Shown here: piece after piece, positions 16,893 through 23,480 of the stretch | Layout: each line of letters starts with the position of its first letter | Position numbering within the stretch: position 1 is the stretch's first letter | Assembly: GCA_963828255.1 (NCBI GenBank) | Contig: CAWHDZ010000004.1 | Coordinates: forward strand, 1-23,480 | DNA length: 23,480 nucleotides | From: an uncultured delta proteobacterium | Lineage (GTDB): Bacteria > Myxococcota > Myxococcia > Myxococcales > Anaeromyxobacteraceae | Direction: 5' to 3' | Program-made: the position numbers and the translations under genes | The notes under the pieces: model-generated | Told to the model about the DNA's origin: nothing | Seen by the model: only the letters and a program-made list of their open reading frames with translations | Databases searched by the model: none

Positions 16893-18836
16893 TCAGGGAG
16901 CCGTCGCCGGCGCCCCGGAGAGCTCCTCGGGGCGCAGCTCGCGGATGGCGCCCTTGTCCACGGTGAGGAAGAAGAGGTCGCGGACCGGCTCGCCCTTCGC
17001 GTCGAAGACGACGTCGCCGGTGGCGCCCGGGAAGGGCTGCTGGGCGGCCAGGGCGTCGCGCAGCTCCTTGCGCCCGGTCGCCCCCCGCGCCATGGCGGCC
17101 GCGACCATCGCGGCGGCGTCGTGGGCCGAGGCCTCCAGGATGGAGGGCGCCCGGGCGTATGTCCTCTGGAAGGCCTCCACGAACCGCTTCGTGACCGGGC
17201 GCTCCGAGCCTGGGAAGAACCCGTCCACGAAGACCGCGCACTCCACGTACCGGCCGGCCTTCTCGACGATGGCCGGGTCGTCCCAGCCGTTCCCGCCGAG
17301 GAGGAGCACCGGCTTCACCACCCAGGCGCTGACCTTCTGGATCTTGGCCACCTCGGCGGGGTCGCAGGCGATGACCACGTCCTCGGCGGCGAGCGCGGGG
17401 GCCAGCAGCGTGACCGTCCGCACGAAGTCGGGGACGAAGATCACGTCGAACTCGATGACGGGGGAGAGCTCCTTGCGCGCCTTCTCGAGGGCCTTGGCCC
17501 GCCGGTAGGGGTCCTGGATCTCCTTCGTGATGGCCTTCTGGATCTCCTTCCAGTCGGACCGCTTCTCCACCTGGGAGCGCCCCACCAGCTCCTTCACCAG
17601 GGGTGCAAAATTGGCCCGGTCCCCCTCGAAGCCGACGGCGCGCACCACCGCGCCTCCCCGGGCCTCGACCTCGAGCCGGAAGGCCGCCTGGAGCTCGGTC
17701 CCGTAGGGGATCTCGGGGTAGAGGATCACCGCCTGCTTGAGCCCCCGGCGCTGCACCGCCAGGTCTGCGAGCGCCTGGGCCTGGGCCCGGGCGGTGAGCA
17801 TGAGCCGGAAGACGTAGGGGCGCCCCTCGGCGACTCCCTCCACCTTGGAGAGCGAGAGGAGCGGCACCCCTTCCTGCTGCGCCGCGGCGGCGGCCCGCTG
17901 GGCCTCGGCGTTGGTGACGCCGCCCACGATGGCCACGGCCCCCTCGGCGGCGAGCTGGGCGATGGCCTCGGCGGCGCCGTCTGGCTCCCCGCGCGTGTCC
18001 TTCGCGACCACCCGGACCGGGCCGCCCTCCGGGATGGCCAGCGCCACGCCCTCGAGGATGGCCTCGCCCCAGGCCTTGAACTTGCCCGAGAGCGGGACCG
18101 CCACGCCGATCACGCCGGCGACGACCTGGGTCTTCGCCGCCGCCCGGGCCGCCAGCGCCGCGCCGACCGCGCCGTCCTTCGGAACCTCGGCGGCGAGCGC
18201 CTCGACCTCCTGCGGGGAGAGCCTGGTGGCGACGACCTCGAGCACCCGCGCCGTCTCACGCTGCTGCTCGGCGGGCGGAAGGTAGGGAAGCGCCTCGGTG
18301 CGCCAGCGGGCCGAGAGCGGCCAGGTGGCGGCGGCCTCGGCCGAGTCGGCGATGCGGAGCGCCAGGTTGCCCCGGGCCGCCGGCGGGGTCCTGTCCCAGG
18401 CCGAGAGCAGTGTCGGCATGCCCTGGCCGGGGCGGCCGTCCTCCACCTCGGCGAGCCCGTAGCGGATGCGTGCCTCCTCGGCGCGCGGGGAGAGCGGGTA
18501 GCGGGAGAGCAGCTCGGCCCAGGCGGAGGCGGCGCGGGCCGGCTGCTTGGCCCGCATCCAGGCCCGGGCCGCCTCGTCGAGGGCCTCGGGGGCCTCGGCG
18601 GAGGTCGGGAAGCTGCGGGCCAGCTTCTCGAAGGCCTCGGCGCTCCTCGCGGGGGGGGTCGAGGCCGGCGCGGCCCGCAGCCGGGAGAGCTCGGAGGCCG
18701 CCGCCGCTGAGGGCGCGGTGGCCACCGGGGCGGGGGCCAGCCCGCCCGGGGGTGGTGGGGGCGGGAGGGCGGGTCGGGTCGTGGCGCAGGCCGTCGCCAG
18801 GATCACCGCGAGCGCGGCCGGGAGGGAAAGGCGCAT
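16893..18836 (-). CDS. Lipoprotein with a TPR-like N-domain and type I periplasmic-binding-fold C-domain (LppC/LpoA-like), about 647 aa
   Basis: Signal MRLSLPAALAVILATA-C (lipobox Cys17), poly-Pro linker, TPR/BamD-like repeats (LARSFPTSAEAPEAL; LLSRYPLSPRAEEA), IGVAVPLSGKFKAWGEAILEG, ILYPEIPYG, FDVIFVPD, FPGATGDVVFDAKGE. Confidence 0.8.
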   Translation of the reverse strand: MRLSLPAALAVILATACATTRPALPPPPPPGGLAPAPVATAPSAAAASELSRLRAAPASTPPARSAEAFEKLARSFPTSAEAPEALDEAARAWMRAKQPARAASAWAELLSRYPLSPRAEEARIRYGLAEVEDGRPGQGMPTLLSAWDRTPPAARGNLALRIADSAEAAATWPLSARWRTEALPYLPPAEQQRETARVLEVVATRLSPQEVEALAAEVPKDGAVGAALAARAAAKTQVVAGVIGVAVPLSGKFKAWGEAILEGVALAIPEGGPVRVVAKDTRGEPDGAAEAIAQLAAEGAVAIVGGVTNAEAQRAAAAAQQEGVPLLSLSKVEGVAEGRPYVFRLMLTARAQAQALADLAVQRRGLKQAVILYPEIPYGTELQAAFRLEVEARGGAVVRAVGFEGDRANFAPLVKELVGRSQVEKRSDWKEIQKAITKEIQDPYRRAKALEKARKELSPVIEFDVIFVPDFVRTVTLLAPALAAEDVVIACDPAEVAKIQKVSAWVVKPVLLLGGNGWDDPAIVEKAGRYVECAVFVDGFFPGSERPVTKRFVEAFQRTYARAPSILEASAHDAAAMVAAAMARGATGRKELRDALAAQQPFPGATGDVVFDAKGEPVRDLFFLTVDKGAIRELRPEELSGAPATAP

Positions 18837-18852
18837 GGATACCGGTGTTCTA

Positions 18853-19965
18853 CTACTTGCCGAGGATCTCGGACACCTTGCTCCAGAACCGGCTGGCCGC
18901 CGGGTTGGTCTCCTCTCCCGACAGGGAGGCGAACTTCTCGAGCAGCTCCCGCTGCTCCTTGGTGAGCTTGGTGGGGATCTCCACCTGGATGCGGACGTGC
19001 TGGTCTCCGCGCGAGCCGCCACCGAGCGGGGCGATACCCTTCCCCTTCAGGCGAAAGGTCTTTCCTGGCTGGGTTCCGGCGGGGATCTTGAGCTTGTGCG
19101 CCCCGTCGAGCGTGGGCACGTCCACCGAGGTCCCCAGCGCGGCCTGGGCGATCGACACCGGCAGGTCGCACACCACCTCGGTGTCCTGGCGCTGGAAGAT
19201 GGGGTGGTCCCGCACCTGGATCACCACGTACAGGTCGCCCGGCTCGCCCGAGGGGGACGGCGCGAGCTCCCCCTCTCCGCGGAGCTTGAGCCGCGTGCCG
19301 CTGTCCACGCCGGGAGGGACCCGCACGTCCACCGCGGACTTCTCGGCCACGCCGCCGGCCCCGCCGCAGTCGGGGCAGCGGTCGGTGATGACCTTTCCCT
19401 CACCGCGGCACTGGCCGCAGGTGCGGGACATGGCGAAGAAGCCCTGCTGCACCCGGATCTCGCCGGTGCCGCCGCAGGCCGTGCACTGGCGCGGGTGGGT
19501 CCCCGGCTTGGCCCCGCTGCCGTGGCAGGTCTCGCAGCGCTTCGGGCGCTGGATCTCGATGCGCGAGGTGGCGCCGAAGGCGGCCTGCTCGAGGTCGAGC
19601 TCGAGGTTGTAGCGCAGGTCTGCCCCGCGGGAGCGTCGCTGTCCCCGGCGATGGGCGCCGAAGACCTCGCCGAAGATCTCCCCGAAGATGTCGTTGATGG
19701 TGGCCGCGCCACCGAAGCCGGCGAACGGGTCGAAGCCCTGCTGGCCGTGGCCGAAGTGGTCGTAGCGGGCCCGCTTCTCCGCGTCGGAGAGGACGTCGTA
19801 GGCCTCGGCGACCTCCTTGAAGCGGTCCTCGGCGGCGGCGTTCCCCGGATTGCGGTCGGGGTGGAATTCCATGGCGAGCCGCTTGAACGCGGTCCGGATC
19901 TCCTCGCCGGACGCCGTCCGGGACACGCCCAGGATCTCGTAGAAATCTCTCTTCTCGGAACTCAT
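18853..19965 (-). CDS. dnaJ: Chaperone DnaJ (class A), 370 aa
   Basis: J-domain RDFYEILGV...FHPDRNPG, G/F region with DIF, four CxxCxGxG repeats (CETCHGSG, CTACGGTG, CGQCRGEG, CPDCGGAG), C-terminal domain. Confidence 0.97.
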   Translation of the reverse strand: MSSEKRDFYEILGVSRTASGEEIRTAFKRLAMEFHPDRNPGNAAAEDRFKEVAEAYDVLSDAEKRARYDHFGHGQQGFDPFAGFGGAATINDIFGEIFGEVFGAHRRGQRRSRGADLRYNLELDLEQAAFGATSRIEIQRPKRCETCHGSGAKPGTHPRQCTACGGTGEIRVQQGFFAMSRTCGQCRGEGKVITDRCPDCGGAGGVAEKSAVDVRVPPGVDSGTRLKLRGEGELAPSPSGEPGDLYVVIQVRDHPIFQRQDTEVVCDLPVSIAQAALGTSVDVPTLDGAHKLKIPAGTQPGKTFRLKGKGIAPLGGGSRGDQHVRIQVEIPTKLTKEQRELLEKFASLSGEETNPAASRFWSKVSEILGK

Positions 19966-19979
19966 CGTTGGCCGTGGCG

Positions 19980-20007
19980 AACCTAATGCCGCGGAGGTCG
20001 GGGGCAA
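19980..20007 (-). promoter_or_regulatory. Promoter candidate TTGCCC-N16-TAGGTT directly upstream of dnaJ
   Basis: Plus strand has GGGCAA at 20002-20007 and AACCTA at 19980-19985. It is 14 nt from the dnaJ ATG, which lacks a Shine-Dalgarno sequence. Confidence 0.45.
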
Positions 20008-20032
20008 GCGAAGGGCGCGTGGGGCGCCCCGC
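20008..20032 (-). terminator. GC-rich hairpin after dnaK (GGGCGC-CCCAC-GCGCCC followed by TTCGCTT); weak terminator or mRNA stabiliser
   Basis: 6-bp perfect stem at 20013-20018 and 20024-20029, just after the dnaK stop. The U-tract is poor. Confidence 0.4.
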
Positions 20033-20037
20033 CAGGT

Positions 20038-21876
20038 CTAGCCGCCCGTCCCCCCGTCCTGCCCCTGCGACGAGTAGATCGCGTCGGCGATGCGGTAGGC
20101 CGAGCCCTCGAGGCGCTGCAGCGACTCCTTGATGCGGCCCGGCTCCTGCGACGGGAGGATGGCCTTCAGCTCGGCGAGGTCGGCCCGGATCTCGGCGAGG
20201 TCGTCCTCCTTGAGGGCGCTCGCGTACTCCTCCAGGCTCTTCTCGGTGGTGTAGATGAGCCCCTCGGCGTTGTTGCGGAGCTCGGCGAGCTCGCGCTTCT
20301 GCTGATCCTCGGCGACGTTCTGCTCGGCGTCCTTGATGGCCCGCTGGATGTCGTCCTCGGAGAGGCCGGATCGGGCGGAGATGCGGATCTGCTGCCGCTT
20401 CCCCGTGCCCAGGTCCTCGGCCTCGACGTGGACGATGCCGTTCGGGTCGATCTCGAAGCGGACCTCGATCTGGGGCACGCCGCGCGGCGCGGGCGGGATG
20501 CCCACCAGCTCGAAGCGGGCCAGCGTCTTGTTGTCGGCCGACATGTCGCGCTCGCCCTGGAGGACGTGGACCGACACCAGCGGCTGGTTGTCCACGGCGG
20601 TGGAGAAGACCTGCCCCTTCTTCACCGGCACGGTGGTGTTCTTGGGGATGATGCGTGTGAAGACCCCGCCGGCCGTCTCCACTCCCAGTGATAGGGGCGT
20701 GACGTCGAGCAGGAGGACGTCCTTCACCTCGCCCTTGAGGACGCCACCCTGGATGGCGGCGCCGACCGCCACCACCTCGTCGGGGTTGACCCCCTTGTGC
20801 GGCTCCCTGCCGAAGAACTTCTTCACCGTCTCCTGCACCTTGGGCATGCGGGTCATCCCGCCCACCAGGATGACGGTGTCGAGCTGGGAGGCGGTGAGGC
20901 CGGCGTCCTTGAGGGCGATCTTGCAGGGCTCGATGGTCTTCTCGACCAGGTCCCCCACCAGGCTCTCCAGCGTGGCCCGGTCGATCGTCTCGGCCAGGTG
21001 CTTGGGGCCGGTGGTGTCGGCGGTGATGAAGGGGAGGTTCACCTCGGTCTCGGTGGCCGACGACAGCTCGTGCTTGGCCCGCTCGGCCGCCTCCTTGAGC
21101 CGCTGCAGCGCCATGCGGTCCTTGCGCAGGTCGATGCCGGTCTGGTCCTGGAAGCGCTTGCCGAGCCAGTCGATGAGCCGCTGGTCGAAGTCCTCGCCGC
21201 CCAGGAAGGTGTCGCCGTTCGTGGCCTTGACCTCGAAGACCCCCTGGTTCAGCTCGAGGATGGTGATGTCGAAGGTGCCTCCGCCCAGGTCGTACACCGC
21301 GACCAGCTCGCCCTTGGCGGTCTGCTGCTTGTCGATGCCGTAGGCCAGCGCCGCCGCGGTGGGCTCGTTGATGATGCGCAGCACCTCCAGGCCGGCGATG
21401 CGCCCGGCATCCTTGGTGGCCTGCCGCTGGGCGTCGTTGAAGTAGGCCGGGCAGGTGATGATGGCCTCGGTCACGGGCTCGCCCAGGTAGTCCTCGGCCG
21501 TCTGCTTCATCTTGGCGAGCACCATCGCCGAGATCTCGGCCGGCGAGTACTGCTTGCCGCCCGACTCGACCCAGGCGTCGCCGTTCTCGGCGGGGACGAT
21601 GCGGTACGGGACGGAGCCGGTGGTGCGGGCCACCTCCCGATCCTTGAACTTGCGGCCGATGAGCCGCTTCGTGGAGTAGATGGTCGCCTCGGGGTTGGTG
21701 ACCGCCTGGCGCTTGGCGATCTGCCCCACCAGCCGGCTTCCCCCGTCGGCGAAGGCCACCATGGAGGGCGTGGTCCGCGACCCCTCGCTGTTGGGGATCA
21801 CCACCGCCTCGCCCTGCTCCATCACGGCGACGCAACTGTTGGTTGTCCCGAGGTCGATGCCGATGACCTTGCCCAA
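20038..21876 (-). CDS. dnaK: Chaperone DnaK/Hsp70 (short C-tail, SglK-like), 612 aa, TTG start
   Basis: [93 protein letters not shown] 21876 follows GGAGGG. Confidence 0.98.
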   Translation of the reverse strand: MGKVIGIDLGTTNSCVAVMEQGEAVVIPNSEGSRTTPSMVAFADGGSRLVGQIAKRQAVTNPEATIYSTKRLIGRKFKDREVARTTGSVPYRIVPAENGDAWVESGGKQYSPAEISAMVLAKMKQTAEDYLGEPVTEAIITCPAYFNDAQRQATKDAGRIAGLEVLRIINEPTAAALAYGIDKQQTAKGELVAVYDLGGGTFDITILELNQGVFEVKATNGDTFLGGEDFDQRLIDWLGKRFQDQTGIDLRKDRMALQRLKEAAERAKHELSSATETEVNLPFITADTTGPKHLAETIDRATLESLVGDLVEKTIEPCKIALKDAGLTASQLDTVILVGGMTRMPKVQETVKKFFGREPHKGVNPDEVVAVGAAIQGGVLKGEVKDVLLLDVTPLSLGVETAGGVFTRIIPKNTTVPVKKGQVFSTAVDNQPLVSVHVLQGERDMSADNKTLARFELVGIPPAPRGVPQIEVRFEIDPNGIVHVEAEDLGTGKRQQIRISARSGLSEDDIQRAIKDAEQNVAEDQQKRELAELRNNAEGLIYTTEKSLEEYASALKEDDLAEIRADLAELKAILPSQEPGRIKESLQRLEGSAYRIADAIYSSQGQDGGTGG

Positions 21877-21880
21877 TCCC

Positions 21881-22513
21881 CTACCCTCCCGACCCTTCGC
21901 CCGAAGGCCCGCTGGACGGAGCAGCCACCGCCACCATGGCCGGCCGGAGCAGCCGCCCGTGGTGCATCCAGGCCCGTCCGTGCTGGCCGACCACCGTCCC
22001 CGCGATCGATCCGGGCGACGGGACCGTGGCCAGCGCCTCGTGCAGCGCGGGGTCGAAGACCTCGCCCATCGCGTCCTTCGGCTCCACGCCGTGCCGGAGG
22101 AGCGCCTCCTCCACCTGCCGGAGCACCATCCGCACCCCGTCGGCGAGCGGGTCACCGGGAGGCGCGGCGGCGAGCGCCCGCTCCAGGTTGTCCACCGCCG
22201 GGAGCAGGTCCTTCACCACCGGTCCGGCGGCGTTCCGGGCCGCCTCCTCCCGTTCGCGGGCCACCCGCTTTCGGAAGTTCTCCAGGTCGGCGGCCGTGCG
22301 CAGGAGCCGGTCGTGCTCGGCGGCGAGCTCCCCCTCCAGCCGCTGGACATCGGCGGACGGGTCGGGCGCGGGGGGATCCACCTCGACCGGCGGGTCCTCT
22401 CCCGGCTCGTCGGCGGCCTGCCCCCCGTGCCGGGCGACGCTCTTCAGCGCCTCCTCCAGGACGGAGGCGGGGATATCCGCGGCAAAGTTCCCTTTTTCTC
22501 CGGTTCCGGACAT
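21881..22513 (-). CDS. grpE: Nucleotide exchange factor GrpE, about 210 aa
   Basis: [52 protein letters not shown] 22513 is preferred; the ORF is open to 22573. Confidence 0.95.
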   Translation of the reverse strand: MSGTGEKGNFAADIPASVLEEALKSVARHGGQAADEPGEDPPVEVDPPAPDPSADVQRLEGELAAEHDRLLRTAADLENFRKRVAREREEAARNAAGPVVKDLLPAVDNLERALAAAPPGDPLADGVRMVLRQVEEALLRHGVEPKDAMGEVFDPALHEALATVPSPGSIAGTVVGQHGRAWMHHGRLLRPAMVAVAAPSSGPSGEGSGG

Positions 22514-22550
22514 GGCTGGTTCTCTGGCCGCGGCTGAGGCCTGAACCCCG

Positions 22551-22580
22551 AATATCTCACAGGGGTCCGCCATCCGGCAA
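22551..22580 (-). promoter_or_regulatory. Internal promoter candidate TTGCCG-N18-GATATT (with TGn) upstream of grpE
   Basis: Plus strand has CGGCAA at 22575-22580 and AATATC at 22551-22556, within the 124-bp hrcA-grpE gap. Confidence 0.35.
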
Positions 22581-22637
22581 GAAAGGCGTCTTCCAAGTCC
22601 TCGGGAGATCTGAGGAAAGGTGGGGCGTTGGCGCCGA

Positions 22638-23480
22638 TCAGTGCCGTTCGGTGTCGGAGAGGGCCCGGGAGATCTCGCGGGCGGTGAGGTCCACGAGCGG
22701 GATGACCCGCCCGTAGTCCATCCGGGTGGGTCCGATGACGGCCAGGGCCCCGAGCACCCGGCCGTCCCGCACGTAGGGCGCGGCCACCACCGAGACGTCG
22801 GACGTGGCCGCGAGGTCGCTCTCGGCCCCGATGAAGATCTGCATCTCGCGGGCCTGGAGCACCCGGTCGAGCACGCGGAGGATCCGGTCCTTCTCCGCGA
22901 AGGTGCGCAGGAGCGCCCGGGCCTTGCCCATGTCGGCGAACTCGGGCGCGTCGAGAAAGGTGGTGGCCCCGTCCACGAGCACCCGCTCGCTGCCCGGGAC
23001 CGGGAGCGCCTGCTCGGCGAGGTGCAGCGCCCTCTCCATGAGGTCCCGCAGCGCGGTCTCGTCGGCCCGCATGTCGGAGACGATGGCGTCGCGCAGCCCC
23101 TCGATGCCGGTGGTCTGGAGCTTCTCCGACAGGTAGGCGGCGGCCTGCTCCAGCTCCGAGGGGGTGTACGGGACGTCGAGCTGCACGAGCTTGTTCGTCA
23201 CCAGCCCGGCCTGGGAGACGAAGACCACCAGCACCCGGTTCTCCCGCAGGCGCACGAACTCGACGTGGCGGGTGGGATCGGAGAGCGGCGGCGGCGTGGA
23301 CACCACGCCCACGTGGTGTGACAGGGAGTGAAGAAGCTCGGCGGTGCGGCCGAGCAGGCTGTCCACGGCGGGGGTGCCGAGCGTCACCTTCTCGATGCGC
23401 TCCCGGTCGGCCGGCGAGGGCGCGCGCACCTTGACGAGCAGGTCCACGAAGAGCCGGTAACCGGCCGAGGTGGGGATCCT
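22638..23480 (-). CDS. hrcA: Heat-inducible transcription repressor HrcA (5' end outside the window)
   Basis: The frame is open to the window edge and reads [13 protein letters not shown]. Also [43 protein letters not shown]. Lies upstream of grpE-dnaK-dnaJ. Confidence 0.96.
   Translation of the reverse strand, partial: RIPTSAGYRLFVDLLVKVRAPSPADRERIEKVTLGTPAVDSLLGRTAELLHSLSHHVGVVSTPPPLSDPTRHVEFVRLRENRVLVVFVSQAGLVTNKLVQLDVPYTPSELEQAAAYLSEKLQTTGIEGLRDAIVSDMRADETALRDLMERALHLAEQALPVPGSERVLVDGATTFLDAPEFADMGKARALLRTFAEKDRILRVLDRVLQAREMQIFIGAESDLAATSDVSVVAAPYVRDGRVLGALAVIGPTRMDYGRVIPLVDLTAREISRALSDTERH

Noticed and set aside
18720..18780. G-rich run on the plus strand (possible G-quadruplex or repeat)
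   Set aside because: Explained by the poly-proline linker codons of the lipoprotein.
18837..19022. 709-aa version of the lipoprotein ORF, and TAGTAGAAC as a possible -10 box
   Set aside because: The extension overlaps dnaJ and would bury the signal peptide. TAGTAG is a tandem stop, and no convincing -35 or TANNNT match is present.
6303..21835. Long same-strand alternative-frame ORFs (6303-8105, 10076-12634, 13550-15259, 19400-21835)
   Set aside because: Arg/Pro/Gly/Ala-rich low-complexity translations typical of off-frames in GC-rich DNA, each overlapping genes with clear motifs.
20333..22716. Long ORFs antisense to dnaK and grpE (20333-21343, 20797-22716)
   Set aside because: Long antisense frames opposite dnaK/hsp70 are a well-known artefact of codon bias. 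No RBS or promoter support was seen here.
1..23480. CRISPR arrays, tRNA/rRNA genes, IS or phage genes, defence systems (DinG as type IV CRISPR Csf4)
   Set aside because: No repeat-spacer array, cas gene, transposase or integrase was seen, and intergenic gaps are too short for most of these. The helicase looks like a housekeeping YoaA/DinG in a core-gene context.

Overview
Very GC-rich bacterial DNA. Gene content and order point to Myxococcota, probably Anaeromyxobacter-like (inference). About 21.7 kb is one tightly packed minus-strand gene train: hrcA (5'-truncated), grpE, dnaK (short-tailed, SglK-like), dnaJ, an LppC/LpoA-like lipoprotein, an M50 site-2 protease, a small membrane protein, a DinG/YoaA helicase, an MglA/SofG-like small GTPase, a PocR-domain histidine kinase, thiL, a Dif-type chemosensory cluster (MCP, CheW, CheY, CheA, CheC; no difB, cheR or cheB), larB, larC and a GAF/PAS histidine kinase. 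It converges on a single plus-strand gene resembling a glycoside hydrolase with a beta-galactosidase-trimerisation-like domain. No RNA genes, mobile elements or CRISPR arrays were seen. The most notable points are: nickel-pincer cofactor genes larBC translationally coupled to the chemosensory operon with no larA or larE in the window, and a LarC lacking its His-rich tract; a GAP-less small GTPase coupled to an orphan PocR kinase, behind an inverted repeat that could mask its ribosome-binding site; and several internal TTGNNN-N16-18-TANNNT promoter candidates, one overlapping the thiL stop codon. All protein assignments come from motif recognition by eye, not database searches.
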